A DNA stretch of 64,000 bases from Solitalea lacus (GTDB taxonomy: Bacteria; Bacteroidota; Bacteroidia; Sphingobacteriales; Sphingobacteriaceae). Each line of letters begins with the position of its first letter. Position 1 is the stretch's first letter. The notes beneath the pieces were generated by a model. That model searched no databases. It saw only the letters and a program-made list of their open reading frames with translations, and was not told the origin of the DNA. This document shows positions 39,396 to 50,484 of the stretch, one piece after another. Both the position numbers and the translations under genes were made by a program. Where the stretch lies: assembly GCF_022014595.1 (NCBI RefSeq), contig NZ_CP091740.1, positions 1,536,200 through 1,600,199 on the forward strand, given 5' to 3'.

Positions 39396-40790
39396 TTAGA
39401 ATCTCAAAAACATGCGGGCCATTTTAATTTTATTTTTAAATGGTGCATAGTAAAGGTCACTGTCAAACCAAGTTCCTGTTTTTACCATCGATTTTAAACG
39501 CGTAAAGGAATCAAAGCTGTATTTACCGTGATAATGTCCTAATCCGCTATTCCCAACTCCCCCAAACGGTATACAAGGATTTCCCAAATGGACCAGTGTG
39601 TTGTTTATGCAACCGCCCCCAAATGCAAGGTTTTGAATGTAGAGTTGTTCAACCTCATTATTCTTCGTAAATAAATAAAACGAAAGCGGATTTGGATTTC
39701 GGTTGATGATAGCGAAGGTTTCTTCATAGTTATCGAATCCAAATACTGGAAGTATTGGGCCGAAGATTTCATCATGCATCAAGGGTGCACTTAATGGGAC
39801 GTTTATCATTAAGGTAGGCTCAATGAATAATTCATCGTCATCAGTGCGACCTCCCAGCAGAATGTCTCCCTGACTCAAATATTTTTTCAATGTTTCATGA
39901 CGACGTTTGTTTATAATTCGTCCATAATCAGCCTTAATGGGGTGCTCGGAATAGAATTGAAGAATATATTTTTTAATTAAGGATAGTAATTCATCTTTTC
40001 TCGAATTGTGAACCAATAAGTAATCAGGGGCAACACAGGTTTGACCGGCATTGGTAAATTTACCCCAAACAATACGTTTGGCTGCATGGTGAAGATCGAC
40101 ATCTTTATCTACCACACAAGGACTTTTTCCTCCGAGCTCTAAAATTACAGGGGTGAGTTTTTTTGCAGCCATTTCGGCAATAGCGTAGCCAACTGGAATG
40201 CTGCCTGTAAAAAACACTAAGTCGAAGCGATTTTTGTTCATCATTTCAGGAATTAGCTGAGCTCCATCACCCGTTACAGCAACAATGTATTCTGGCTGAA
40301 ATGTTTCCTTAATGATTTTTTCGATTATTTGAGCTGTTGCTGGAGCCAGCTCTGAAGGTTTTATAATAGCACAATTTCCTCCTGCAATTGCACCAATTAG
40401 TGGATTAATAACCAGTTGAAAAGGGTAATTCCAGGGACCTACAATTAATACGCAACCTAATGGGTCCTTGTGAATGTAGCTTCTTGAGGGAAATAGGGCT
40501 ATTGGTGAGCTTACTCTTTCCGGCTTCATCCATTTTTTTAAACTTTTAATAGCCAGATTAAGTTCTTCGTACACAATCCCAACTTCAGTGCCATAAGCTT
40601 CAAACTCATGCTTGTTTAAATCCTTCTCCAATGCATCAAAAATGGCTTTCTCGTGGATCCTGATAACTTGCTTAAGTTTTTTTAGTTGTTCAATTCTAAA
40701 TCTATAAGTTAATGTTGCTTTAGAATTATAAAAGCCACGTTGACTGCTTATTAAGGTTGATAATGACGAACTTTCGATCTCCGCAATCAT
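39396..40790 (-). CDS. NAD(P)-dependent aldehyde dehydrogenase
   Basis: ELGGKSP, GQTCVAPDY catalytic Cys region, FGGVGNSG. Confidence 0.85.
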   Translation of the reverse strand: MIAEIESSSLSTLISSQRGFYNSKATLTYRFRIEQLKKLKQVIRIHEKAIFDALEKDLNKHEFEAYGTEVGIVYEELNLAIKSLKKWMKPERVSSPIALFPSRSYIHKDPLGCVLIVGPWNYPFQLVINPLIGAIAGGNCAIIKPSELAPATAQIIEKIIKETFQPEYIVAVTGDGAQLIPEMMNKNRFDLVFFTGSIPVGYAIAEMAAKKLTPVILELGGKSPCVVDKDVDLHHAAKRIVWGKFTNAGQTCVAPDYLLVHNSRKDELLSLIKKYILQFYSEHPIKADYGRIINKRRHETLKKYLSQGDILLGGRTDDDELFIEPTLMINVPLSAPLMHDEIFGPILPVFGFDNYEETFAIINRNPNPLSFYLFTKNNEVEQLYIQNLAFGGGCINNTLVHLGNPCIPFGGVGNSGLGHYHGKYSFDSFTRLKSMVKTGTWFDSDLYYAPFKNKIKMARMFLRF

Positions 40791-40941
40791 AACAGTTTAT
40801 TGAATTAGGTAAATTAAGCAAAAAATAACCAGAGAACTATAAATGTTTCAATAAAAACTATGCAAGCATTATAGTTGCTTGCAAAAGCAAAAACAACGCC
40901 CTGAACATTGGTATTCAGGGCGTTGTTAAAACCTTCAAAAT

Positions 40942-41403
40942 CTATCCTATTACATCCAATACTTGTTGGGTGGAGTTTTTGGTATCAACTTTATCAATAA
41001 TATGTGTAATCATGCCATTGCCGTCAATTATAAATGTAGTTCTGGCAATTCCCATATATGCCTTACCAAACATACTTTTTTCAGTCCAAACACCATAGTC
41101 TTCAACCATTTTCTTGTGGGTATCAGCAATAAGGGTAAAGGGGAGGTTATACTTATCTGCAAATTTGTCATGTGACTTTTCACTGTCAACACTTACTCCA
41201 ATTACTTCAAACCCCTTGTTTGTCAATGTAGCATAGTTATCTCTAAAGTTGCATGACTCTGCTGTACAGCCGGGAGTGCTATCTTTGGGATAAAAATATA
41301 AGACAATAGTTTTTCCTTTATAGTCTTCTAGTACAACAGGTTTGCCATTTCGGTCTGATCCTGAAAAGCCAGGTGCTTTATCTCCAACTTTTAATTTTGC
41401 CAT
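40942..41403 (-). CDS. bcp: Thioredoxin-dependent peroxiredoxin Bcp
   Basis: FYPKDSTPGCTAESCNFRD. Confidence 0.85.
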   Translation of the reverse strand: MAKLKVGDKAPGFSGSDRNGKPVVLEDYKGKTIVLYFYPKDSTPGCTAESCNFRDNYATLTNKGFEVIGVSVDSEKSHDKFADKYNLPFTLIADTHKKMVEDYGVWTEKSMFGKAYMGIARTTFIIDGNGMITHIIDKVDTKNSTQQVLDVIG

Positions 41404-41428
41404 AGTGAATTCGTACTGTTTAACTTGG

Positions 41429-43195
41429 TTATTTATAGAAATCAGCTTCGTACAGAGTAGAATTGTTTTTCATATCAGTAACAACTAATTGTAATGTATG
41501 TTTGCCAGAAGTCGTTTGGTCAGTAAATGTATGTTTAAGTAAACTGCTTTTCCCATCGAGCTCAAAAAGAACCCAATCGCCGTCTATCAACCCTTTCCAT
41601 TCTTTAATCCCCGATAATGAGTCGCTTATGCGGAATGTGATTGATGGAATCCCGGCCATATTTTTTTCATTTATTATATTGATTGGCGTAATACGAGGGG
41701 CAACAGTATCAACCGTAATATAATATGTACCAAAGTTTTTTATTTGTGCTTTTACGTAACCATTTTCAAACTCTCCACCTTGATAAACTTTATTTTCATT
41801 TACAATAATAGCTTTCAGTGGTTTTGTAAGCTGTTCGTCCGGTTTTATTTGCAATATATAAGGTTGACTTAACGGAATGTACTTATTGTGAATGGTGTGC
41901 AGGTTAGAATATGCTCCATAAATCTTTCCTCCTAGGTGATACTCAAAGTTGAAGTTGTTAAAAAAGCAGCCAATTGGAAAGGTCGCAATTATATTTTGAT
42001 TAGTATATTGATTTTGTTTATTCCATTCAAATGGCACTGTTCCTGGTTTTATTGGGCGATTAAACGTTTTACCTTCACTTGTTCCAGTTACTTTAAAACT
42101 TAGGGTTGAAGTATTACCCACAACATCCTTTACAATGTATTCCATTTGGTATTCTTCATCACCTTCAAAGCTTTGGATTCCGCCATTTGGAGCAGTTTTG
42201 TAAATAGGAAGTTTGTTGCCTGGATCAATAAATGACCTTTGTATGAAATTATGGTTCAGCAGAAATGAGTTAAAATCAATGTATGAATTAATGGAACGTT
42301 GCAAGCTAAAGTCTAAGTGATCAAACACTGCTTTATATATTGTTTCGTCATTTCGTTTTAACTCAATAGAATAAATGCCGTTTTGGTTTCCTGCACCGTC
42401 TTGCATGTCGTCGGTTATTATGCCAAAGCCGATTTGCCCGTTTACGTTAATTTTGGATGCTTTCCCCACCACATAATTGCCACTGCCTTGTGATACAATT
42501 GGAAACCCTGAACGAACATTATTCCCATTTACGGAGCTGTTCTCATTCATCGGATACACATATAAACCTTTAATGAAAGGCTTTTTACTATCGCTAACAG
42601 GCAGGCCAAAAAGCAAAGGGTTAATTGGCTCTTCCGTTTTAGTATCTCTTATTTCGAAATGTAAATGAGGTCCACCTGAACTCCCAGTATTACCTGAGTA
42701 ACCAATAAGTTCACCTTTTTTTACAGGAATTTCGATCGGAAGTAAATTGAAGTCAACCTCAAATGACTGAAGATGTGATTGGGTGTTACGTAACACCCTT
42801 TCTAGTCTTGGAGCATAACGCTGTAAATGTGCATAAACAGAGGTATAGCCATTAGGGTGATCAATGTATGCTGCGTTGCCAAATCCCCATACTTGAACTC
42901 TTATACGAGATATATGGCCATCTGCAACGGCATAAATAGGGTAGCCCTCCCGTTGCTGAGTTTTAAAATCTAGTCCAGTATGAAAGTGATTGGGCCTAAG
43001 CTCTCCAAATGTTCCTGAAATGACAACAGGGATATCCATGGGCAAGCGAAAATAACCTTCAGGATAAATTTTTTCCTGTAAAGTGGATGTGTCTTTAACT
43101 GACGCTATTTCTGGTTTGGCAAGAAGATAACTTAAAAATGCTGTAATACTTGCGGTAGTGAACAGAATCCCTTTAAATAAACCCATACTTGACAC
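41429..43195 (-). CDS. M23-family (LytM-type) metallopeptidase with a long C-terminal extension
   Basis: HFHTGLDFKT and GNTGSSGGPHLHFEIR motifs. Confidence 0.8.
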   Translation of the reverse strand: MSSMGLFKGILFTTASITAFLSYLLAKPEIASVKDTSTLQEKIYPEGYFRLPMDIPVVISGTFGELRPNHFHTGLDFKTQQREGYPIYAVADGHISRIRVQVWGFGNAAYIDHPNGYTSVYAHLQRYAPRLERVLRNTQSHLQSFEVDFNLLPIEIPVKKGELIGYSGNTGSSGGPHLHFEIRDTKTEEPINPLLFGLPVSDSKKPFIKGLYVYPMNENSSVNGNNVRSGFPIVSQGSGNYVVGKASKINVNGQIGFGIITDDMQDGAGNQNGIYSIELKRNDETIYKAVFDHLDFSLQRSINSYIDFNSFLLNHNFIQRSFIDPGNKLPIYKTAPNGGIQSFEGDEEYQMEYIVKDVVGNTSTLSFKVTGTSEGKTFNRPIKPGTVPFEWNKQNQYTNQNIIATFPIGCFFNNFNFEYHLGGKIYGAYSNLHTIHNKYIPLSQPYILQIKPDEQLTKPLKAIIVNENKVYQGGEFENGYVKAQIKNFGTYYITVDTVAPRITPINIINEKNMAGIPSITFRISDSLSGIKEWKGLIDGDWVLFELDGKSSLLKHTFTDQTTSGKHTLQLVVTDMKNNSTLYEADFYK

Positions 43196-43197
43196 GA

Positions 43198-43809
43198 TTA
43201 CTTTATTTCAAAATCTAATAACTTCTTACCTTCAATATAACCGATTAGTCGATCTCCGAGATTTACTTTACCAACACCTTCAGGAGTTCCGGTGAAAATC
43301 AAGTCACCTTTTTTTAGGGTTATAAACTTTGAAATATAGCTGATAAGGCTCTCGAATGGGAAAATCATGTCTTTAGTGTTCCCCCTTTGAACCTCTCTAT
43401 TGTTAATTTGCAAATTGAAGTTGATATTCTTTAAATCAGAAAATTCGGTTTTAGCAATAAATTCACTTACAGGAGCAGAGTTATCGAAGCCTTTAGCCAA
43501 TTCCCATGGCAATCCTTTTTCTTTCAAGTTTTGTTGAATATCTCTTGCTGTAAAGTCAACTCCCAACCCAATTTCTTCAAAATAGTTTCCTGCAAATTTT
43601 TGGTCGATATGCTTTCCTTCTTTGGCAATTTTTAGCACGATCTCAATTTCGTGATGGATGTCAGTGGAAAAATCTGGATGGTAAAATGGTTGATTATGCT
43701 TAAGCAAAGCAGTGTCAGGTTTCATGAAAATAACCGGCGAGCCAGGAACCGGGTTGTTCAATTCTTTTGCGTGAGCAATGTAGTTTCTGCCTATTGCAAT
43801 AATCTTCAT
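43198..43809 (-). CDS. Fumarylacetoacetate hydrolase (FAH) family protein
   Basis: MKIIAIGRNYIAHAKE start. FAH-fold metal-binding residues. Confidence 0.8.
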   Translation of the reverse strand: MKIIAIGRNYIAHAKELNNPVPGSPVIFMKPDTALLKHNQPFYHPDFSTDIHHEIEIVLKIAKEGKHIDQKFAGNYFEEIGLGVDFTARDIQQNLKEKGLPWELAKGFDNSAPVSEFIAKTEFSDLKNINFNLQINNREVQRGNTKDMIFPFESLISYISKFITLKKGDLIFTGTPEGVGKVNLGDRLIGYIEGKKLLDFEIK

Positions 43810-44009
43810 AGTAAATTATGATTTTATTAAGTGAAGTGGGATTATAAGTCGAAATAAAGCCCAAAGCTTATACTGCGAATATCCCTGAAAAAAGCGGTTT
43901 AGGCAATTTTTATCTGAAAAAGTTTTGTTTCGTAAAGTTTTGTCCTAATAAAACAAAAACAGCTTTGCAAATTTTGCAAAGCTGTTTTTGTTATCAAACG
44001 TGAGTAGTT

Positions 44010-44579
44010 TTATAGAATTGAAATACGTTTGGAAACAGATTCATTTCCTACTGTTACCCTTACAAAGTAAAAGCCTTTTTGCAATGAGTTTCTAACATTG
44101 AATTTTATCTCTTGTGTTCCTGCAGTGGCACGTTGCTGCGACACCAGCGTAGATATTTCATTGCCAAGTAAATCCATCAATTTAATGGTTACCGTATTAT
44201 CTCTTTTCAGATTATAACTGATAGTAAATTCGTCATTAACAGGGTTAGGATAAACCTTAACATCGCTAATCAACTTTTCTTCACTTGCATCAGCAAACAT
44301 AATTGAACGGCTTGGAGCAGCAGTTGCCGGTGTTAAAATGTTTTTGGCGTTATATAACAGCTTTGAAACAGAATACGGTTTTGGTGCTGTGTTTTTTAAC
44401 ACGTAGTTATTACGTTTTTCAGATAAAACAGATTTGCTGAATGAGCTTAAGGTATCCGCTAAGCCTCCGTCTGGGTAGAAGCCCGGACGCAACTCTTCAA
44501 AGCCGTGCGCAATGGCAGCTATTGAAGCGGATAAGGCTATCAACAGGAGTAAGGTATGTTTATTGTAAAAGTATTTCAT
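44010..44579 (-). CDS. Secreted protein with a T9SS C-terminal sorting domain
   Basis: Signal peptide. C-terminal KVYPNPVNDEFTISYNL...GFYFVRVTVGNESVSKRISIL matches a type-A Por secretion tail. Confidence 0.6.
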   Translation of the reverse strand: MKYFYNKHTLLLLIALSASIAAIAHGFEELRPGFYPDGGLADTLSSFSKSVLSEKRNNYVLKNTAPKPYSVSKLLYNAKNILTPATAAPSRSIMFADASEEKLISDVKVYPNPVNDEFTISYNLKRDNTVTIKLMDLLGNEISTLVSQQRATAGTQEIKFNVRNSLQKGFYFVRVTVGNESVSKRISIL

Positions 44580-44788
44580 CGTATCTGCTACAAATATATA
44601 ACATAAAATCTTTTTGAGAGCAAGTAGATTATCTAAATTTACTAATTATACTTCTAAAATCTTAAAAGGTTTAATTGAAAATTTAATAAAAACTTTAATA
44701 CAATTATTAGTCCAAAAAAATGAAATGTTTTTAATTGGGTGATATTTAGTCAAAAAGTATATTTGCACACATTTCTTTTACATTTATT

Positions 44789-46795
44789 TTGAGCAGTCAC
44801 AAACTTACTCGGTTGAGTGCCGCTGGTTTATTAATCAGTTTAGGTATTATTTATGGCGATATAGGAACATCGCCACTTTACGTTTTTAAGGCGATTATCG
44901 CTGATAGAATAGTTAATGAAGGATTGGTTTTGGGCGGCATTTCTTGCGTCTTTTGGACATTAACCCTGCAAACTACTTTGAAGTATGTGGTAATAACACT
45001 ACAAGCAGACAACAAAGGGGAGGGTGGAATTTTCTCACTTTTTTCCCTGGTTAGAAGGAAAGCAAAATGGTTGGTGATTCCGGCTATGATTGGTGGTTGT
45101 GCCCTTTTAGCTGATGGTATAATTACTCCCCCGATTACTGTAACTTCTGCCATTGAGGGTTTAAAATTGGTGCCAAGTTTAGAACATGTGCCAGTTATTC
45201 CGGTTGTTCTTGTCATTATTTCAGTGTTGTTTTTCATTCAACAATTCGGAACTAACATTGTAGGTAAGGCATTTGGCCCTATTATGCTTTTATGGTTCTC
45301 AATGCTTGGAGTTTTAGGGATCATGCAATTAGTGCATAATCCAAAGGTATTAAAAGCATTAAATCCATATTGGGCATATAAAATTTTGTTTGAAAATCCT
45401 GAAGGGTTTCTGATTTTAGGAGCAGTGTTCCTGTGTACTACAGGTGCTGAAGCATTGTATTCTGATTTGGGGCACTGTGGAAAGCATAACATAAGAGTTA
45501 GTTGGATGTTTGTTAAAACCATGTTGGTGCTTAATTATTTAGGTCAAGGAGCATGGTTGCTGAACAATTTTGTGGGACAGAAAATATCTGATAATCCATT
45601 TTATGGAATGATGCCAAATGATTTTCGATTATTTGGTATTGCAATGGCGACTGCGGCTGCAGTTGTTGCCAGTCAGGCTCTTATCAGTGGGTCGTTTACC
45701 CTGATCAGTGAGGCCGTAAGAATGAATTTGTGGCCTAAGGTAAGAATCAACTATCCTTCAGAATCAAAAGGACAATTGTATGTTCCAAGTGTAAACTGGT
45801 TATTGTGGTTTGGATGCTGTTTCGTGGTTATCCATTTTGAAGAATCAGGCCAAATGGAAGCTGCCTACGGGTTGTCAATTACCATTGCCATGTTGATGAC
45901 CACTGTGTTGATGTGTATTTACCTTGCAGCCAAAAAGGTTGTGCTACCTGTGGTGCTGGTTTTTGTGGGTATATATGTTTTTGTTGAAGGAGCATTTTTA
46001 TTAGGTAATCTGTCGAAGTTTATGCATGGAGGTTATTTTACCGTTATTTTGGGTGGATTGATCTTTTCGGTAATGTGGACTTGGTTCAGAGCTCGTAAAA
46101 TCAAGAATCGTTATGTTAAGTTTGTTGAGATAGAAGACTATTTTGAAATTATTGAAGATTTAAGCAAAGACGAAACTGTTTCAAAATATTCTTCGCAATT
46201 GGTTTATTTAACCAGTGCCAATTTCGATTCTGAGATTGAGTCGAAGATTATTTATTCTATACTGCAAAAACAGCCAAAACGAGCCGATGTGTACTGGCTT
46301 GTTCACGTAGATGTACTGGATGAACCTTATAAAAAGGAATATCGAGTAATGGAGATGGTTCCAGGAATTCTTTACCGTGTTGATTTCCGCTTAGGATTCA
46401 GAGAAGGACAACGCATCAATATTTTATTCAGAAAAGTGGTAGAGGAAATGGTGAAAAGTAAAGAAGTTAACATTACTAGTCAATATAAATCATTACGTAA
46501 GCATAATTTGGTAGGCGATTTTCGATTTGTTGTGCTTGAAAAAATTCTTTCAGATCCGCGTGCTTTGTCATTCATTGAACGAATTGTAATGTATTATTAC
46601 TTTGTACTGAAAAAACTAAGTCTTTCTGAAGAAAAAGGGTTTGGATTGGATTTAAGTTCTGTAGCTGTAGAAAAGGTGCCTTTGGTTTTGGCAACTACTG
46701 AAAATGTTGAAATAAACAGAGTAAGTTACGACTCAGGTAATGGCATTGATCATCATTTTCATGCAAATCCACACCAGCATACTAGTGTAAGTTAA
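44789..46795 (+). CDS. kup: KUP/HAK/KT potassium uptake transporter
   Basis: GDIGTSPLYV signature at the N-terminus. 12 TMs plus a cytoplasmic C-terminal domain. The apparent start is TTG. Confidence 0.9.
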   Translation: MSSHKLTRLSAAGLLISLGIIYGDIGTSPLYVFKAIIADRIVNEGLVLGGISCVFWTLTLQTTLKYVVITLQADNKGEGGIFSLFSLVRRKAKWLVIPAMIGGCALLADGIITPPITVTSAIEGLKLVPSLEHVPVIPVVLVIISVLFFIQQFGTNIVGKAFGPIMLLWFSMLGVLGIMQLVHNPKVLKALNPYWAYKILFENPEGFLILGAVFLCTTGAEALYSDLGHCGKHNIRVSWMFVKTMLVLNYLGQGAWLLNNFVGQKISDNPFYGMMPNDFRLFGIAMATAAAVVASQALISGSFTLISEAVRMNLWPKVRINYPSESKGQLYVPSVNWLLWFGCCFVVIHFEESGQMEAAYGLSITIAMLMTTVLMCIYLAAKKVVLPVVLVFVGIYVFVEGAFLLGNLSKFMHGGYFTVILGGLIFSVMWTWFRARKIKNRYVKFVEIEDYFEIIEDLSKDETVSKYSSQLVYLTSANFDSEIESKIIYSILQKQPKRADVYWLVHVDVLDEPYKKEYRVMEMVPGILYRVDFRLGFREGQRINILFRKVVEEMVKSKEVNITSQYKSLRKHNLVGDFRFVVLEKILSDPRALSFIERIVMYYYFVLKKLSLSEEKGFGLDLSSVAVEKVPLVLATTENVEINRVSYDSGNGIDHHFHANPHQHTSVS

Positions 46796-46840
46796 TTCTT
46801 TTGAAATGATATCATCTCAAAATACAATGAGGTTAAAAAA

Positions 46841-46870
46841 AGCGCGATTGGACTCCAATCGCGCTTTTTT
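46841..46870. terminator. Bidirectional rho-independent terminator
   Basis: gcgcgattgg / ccaatcgcgc perfect 10-bp GC-rich stem with a 3-nt loop, flanked by A7 upstream and T6 downstream. Confidence 0.65.
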
Positions 46871-46921
46871 GTCTTTTACTTGTGTATTAAAACAGTACCT
46901 TTTTTTTAGGATTAAAAGCGT

Positions 46922-48883
46922 TTAGCTTATTGAAACTTCTGTAGAAGCAGTATTAGCTAGTTTGCTATTTTTCTGTCCGTAAGCAAAGTAGATAATTAAA
47001 CCCACCAATAACCAAATTCCAAAACCAATCCAGTTAGTAATCCCAAGCTCGCTCATCATATACAAACATGATAGAAAACCTAAAACGGGTATTAATGACA
47101 AATTCTTCTTAACGCACAAAAATGTTGTGTATAAGGTAATAAGCACGAAAATCCACATAGGTATTTTGTGCTTGAATAAAGCCCAACCACTTTCGTATTT
47201 GCGTTCATACGGTACATTCACCTCCTCAATAAACGCCTTGTATTTTTCTTCACTTAATCCACTTAAAAAAGCCTCTGTGTCATCATGAGCATGTCCTTTA
47301 GTTGTTGCAAATTGTTTTACTGTACTAAGCTCATTATTGTTTAATGAAGTTACAAAATCTGCAGGCGTGTACATTTGAGGTGTATTGTTTACAAAAGACA
47401 TAGTTTTTTGCTTATTGACTGTCAATGCAACTATTAAGCCTATGATTAACAACACTGGTAAAACATATTTTGCGTTAATGTATGGTGTTTTAAACTTACC
47501 TTGTGGAGCATTAGGGGTATTCTGTAATTTTAAAACTCCGGCGCAAACCAATACAAAGGCAAATAAAGTTCCAATACTGCACAAATCAGTTACGATGGTT
47601 AAGTTCATGAAGAGTGCAGGAATAGATACAACAAAACCAGTTACAATTGTTGCAAAACTTGGAGTTTTGTATTTAGGATGAATGGTTGAAAATTTCTTTG
47701 GCATTAATCCATCACGACTCATGCTCATCCAAATGCGTGGTTGCCCCATTTGAAATACCAATAAAACACTGGCCATAGCAATAACAGCGCTTATTGCTAT
47801 TATAACAGATAGCCATTGTAAGTCAAGTTTGCCAAAAACAAATGCTAACGGATCCCCAACATTTAAGGATTTATAAGACACCATTCCGGTTAATACTAAG
47901 GCTATGGCAACATATAAAATGGTACAAATAATGATTGCCCACATCATGCCTCTTGGCAAATCACGCTGTGGATTCTTGCATTCTTCAGCTGTAGTTGAAA
48001 TCGCATCAAATCCAATATAGGCAAAGAATACTGCAGAAACACCCTTAAGAACACCTGAGATCCCATTTGGCGAAAAAGGGTTCCAATTGTTTGTATCAAT
48101 ATAAAAAATGCCCACTGATAATACGAGTAGTATAACAGCTAGTTTGACTATTACCATGGCATTTCCCGCGTTTCTTGATTCTTTCATTCCTCTATATACC
48201 AACCATGTGATTAAAATAATAATTATCAGGGCTGGAATATCCAGTATTAAATGTAACCCACCAAGTTGCGGAGCGGCATTCCAGGCGTTGAAGGCCATCT
48301 GTAAATGAGGGTCTAGATTTTCGAAGGTTTTGCCGCTTTGCATAAGCGCTACAGCATCTTTGTGTCCTTTGGATATTGTCAAATAATCAGTTGACATCCA
48401 ATCGGGTATATGGATACCATTGATGTTTAGAGCTTTGATATGGATATGCTCTAAGAAACCGGTGAAATAATCAGACCATGAAATCGCTACAGTAATGTTT
48501 CCTATGGCGTATTCCATAATCAATGCCCATCCTATAATCCAGGCCGTAAGTTCACCAAAGGCTACATAAGAGTAGGTGTAGGCACTGCCGGAAACAGGAA
48601 CCATTGAGGCAAATTCGGCATAAGCAAAGGCGGCAAAGCTGCAGGCTATAGCAGTAAATACAAATAAGAAAATTACCGCCGGTCCTCCATCAAATGAGGC
48701 TTTTCCAATAGTACTGAAAATCCCTGCGCCGATGATTGCTGCAATACCAAAAGATGTTAAGTCTCTAACACTTAGGGTTCGCTGTAGTGAATGCTCGCTA
48801 TCATGCGTACTATCACTCATGCCCATATTGGCTTCTTTTAAAATGGTGTCAACAGATTTCTTTCTAAAAAGATCTTTCCACAT
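46922..48883 (-). CDS. APC-superfamily amino-acid permease (CAT-like, 14 TM with an inserted loop)
   Basis: 12-TM APC core plus a ~90-aa hydrophilic insert and two extra C-terminal TMs. Confidence 0.8.
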   Translation of the reverse strand: MWKDLFRKKSVDTILKEANMGMSDSTHDSEHSLQRTLSVRDLTSFGIAAIIGAGIFSTIGKASFDGGPAVIFLFVFTAIACSFAAFAYAEFASMVPVSGSAYTYSYVAFGELTAWIIGWALIMEYAIGNITVAISWSDYFTGFLEHIHIKALNINGIHIPDWMSTDYLTISKGHKDAVALMQSGKTFENLDPHLQMAFNAWNAAPQLGGLHLILDIPALIIIILITWLVYRGMKESRNAGNAMVIVKLAVILLVLSVGIFYIDTNNWNPFSPNGISGVLKGVSAVFFAYIGFDAISTTAEECKNPQRDLPRGMMWAIIICTILYVAIALVLTGMVSYKSLNVGDPLAFVFGKLDLQWLSVIIAISAVIAMASVLLVFQMGQPRIWMSMSRDGLMPKKFSTIHPKYKTPSFATIVTGFVVSIPALFMNLTIVTDLCSIGTLFAFVLVCAGVLKLQNTPNAPQGKFKTPYINAKYVLPVLLIIGLIVALTVNKQKTMSFVNNTPQMYTPADFVTSLNNNELSTVKQFATTKGHAHDDTEAFLSGLSEEKYKAFIEEVNVPYERKYESGWALFKHKIPMWIFVLITLYTTFLCVKKNLSLIPVLGFLSCLYMMSELGITNWIGFGIWLLVGLIIYFAYGQKNSKLANTASTEVSIS

Positions 48884-49120
48884 ACGTTTTCGGTTGAATA
48901 ATTATTTTAGCTTGAAAGATATAAAGTTTATTGTATATCATCTTATAAAATTAATGCTTAATAAAACTATTATTGCTGTTTTAGTGGCTTATTCTCGTTT
49001 TTACTTAGGGCGCTTTTACCATAATTACGATTGAATAGGTTTGATTATAACATGGTTGAATTATTATATTTATCTTGATCTTGTTTTGATATAATCTACA
49101 TTAACAGATATCGACTTACA

Positions 49121-49453
49121 ATGAAATATTTAAAGTTTATTCTTATAGTTGTTGCATTTCTTAGCTTAAGTTGTGCTTCGGCCCAGATATCACCCAAAAT
49201 GGAGTCAGCAGAAATTAAAATGAATGTTATCTCAAGAGGAAGCTATCAGTACCTGATAAAAATAGGTGAACATTTGTATCTGCCCAAATCCCTTAGCGAT
49301 GAATATAAGGAGGAGGGATTGAAAATTGAGATTTCCTATGTAGTGTTAAGCAAAAAAGGCATTGTGTATAAGACTTCCCCGACAGATGCTCCTTTGCCAG
49401 ATTTCAAGGTTAATTATATCGACATAAAGAGTATCAAGAAAGTAGAAAAATAA
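49121..49453 (+). CDS. Hypothetical lipoprotein
   Basis: Signal peptide with the lipobox FLSLSC. Confidence 0.4.
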   Translation: MKYLKFILIVVAFLSLSCASAQISPKMESAEIKMNVISRGSYQYLIKIGEHLYLPKSLSDEYKEEGLKIEISYVVLSKKGIVYKTSPTDAPLPDFKVNYIDIKSIKKVEK

Positions 49454-49480
49454 AGGGCTGAATAATCACTCAGCCCTTAC
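49453..49480. terminator. Bidirectional terminator hairpin
   Basis: aagggctga / tcagccctt perfect 9-bp stem, followed by acttttaaaaa. Confidence 0.45.
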
Positions 49481-49497
49481 TTTTAAAAATGGAAAAA

Positions 49498-50484
49498 TTA
49501 ATTTGCAAATGCAGCGCGAGGGCCTCCTGCTGCAAATACAGCTAAAGCTCTTGCTTTTTGACCTGCAGTAAACATATACATACAAGCATCATCAGTATAA
49601 TCCATATAGTTCATGGTCATTTCAACAGGAGTGCCTGTGCAAGTACTTAAATGAGGGTATGAAGGACAACCGTAGTTGGCTGCATTATGCTGAGGAGTAT
49701 CGTTAACTTGATCGTTTCCGCATGTAGCATCACCCCAGATATGGCGAAGATTCATCCAGTGGCCCACTTCGTGTGTAGCAGTTCTTCCTTTATTAAATGG
49801 AGCTCTGGCAGTTCCTACTCTACCGAAAGCGGTGTTTAAAATTACCACTCCATCAGTTGCTGGTGCACCTCCAGGGAACTGGGCATAGCCTAATAAGCTG
49901 TTGCCTAAAGTGCAAGACCATAAGTTTAAAGTGGTGGTTGGATTGGTAGGATCAATACCGCCACGAGCAGTGCTCTTCATAGCATCATCCGTACCCCAGC
50001 TTCTTTTTTTAGTAGATTTACGAAATATATTAACCAGTTTGAATTTAACACCAATTGCTGCTTTTGAATCCGAAAACAAAGCTGGAACATTTCCGTAATC
50101 TGCATTAGTTCCGCTAAAGTCTTCATTTAAAACATCAATTTGAGATTGGATTTGTGCATCAGAAATGTTTTCATCGGTTGTTCTGTACAATACGTTTACT
50201 ACAACCGGAATTTCAATGGTTCCATCCGGCAACAAAGAGTTCAACTCTTTTTCGTTTGAAGCCAAACGCTGTGTAAAGGCTTCAATGGCATTCATGCGCT
50301 GTTGCAAGCTAGGGTCTTGACTAAGTTGCTGATTTAATACCTCCATTGATCCACATTCACGTTTAAGTACTGCATTTTCTTCAACATCGATGCGCTCATT
50401 TTTAGCTGAATCCATTTTGGTACAGCTAAATGTCATAAATGCTGCGGCTATTAATAAGCCAATTTTTAAGTTTTCCTTCTTCAT
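49498..50484 (-). CDS. Secreted zinc metalloprotease, M43 (pappalysin/ulilysin-like) family
   Basis: Signal peptide. HEVGHWMNLRH (HExxHxxxxxH) followed by a Cys-rich segment typical of M43. Confidence 0.6.
   Translation of the reverse strand: MKKENLKIGLLIAAAFMTFSCTKMDSAKNERIDVEENAVLKRECGSMEVLNQQLSQDPSLQQRMNAIEAFTQRLASNEKELNSLLPDGTIEIPVVVNVLYRTTDENISDAQIQSQIDVLNEDFSGTNADYGNVPALFSDSKAAIGVKFKLVNIFRKSTKKRSWGTDDAMKSTARGGIDPTNPTTTLNLWSCTLGNSLLGYAQFPGGAPATDGVVILNTAFGRVGTARAPFNKGRTATHEVGHWMNLRHIWGDATCGNDQVNDTPQHNAANYGCPSYPHLSTCTGTPVEMTMNYMDYTDDACMYMFTAGQKARALAVFAAGGPRAAFAN

Noticed and set aside
44789-44800. TTG start of kup as a possible annotation error or pseudogene
   Set aside because: The encoded N-terminus (MSSHKLTRLSAAGLLISLGIIYGDIGTSPLYV) is typical of full-length Kup, and TTG starts are acceptable. 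An upstream in-frame ATG was not evident.
46922-47500. C-terminal extension of the amino-acid permease as a possible fused regulatory domain
   Set aside because: A hydrophilic insert plus two extra TMs gives the 14-TM CAT-subfamily topology of the APC superfamily. It is not a separate domain of interest.
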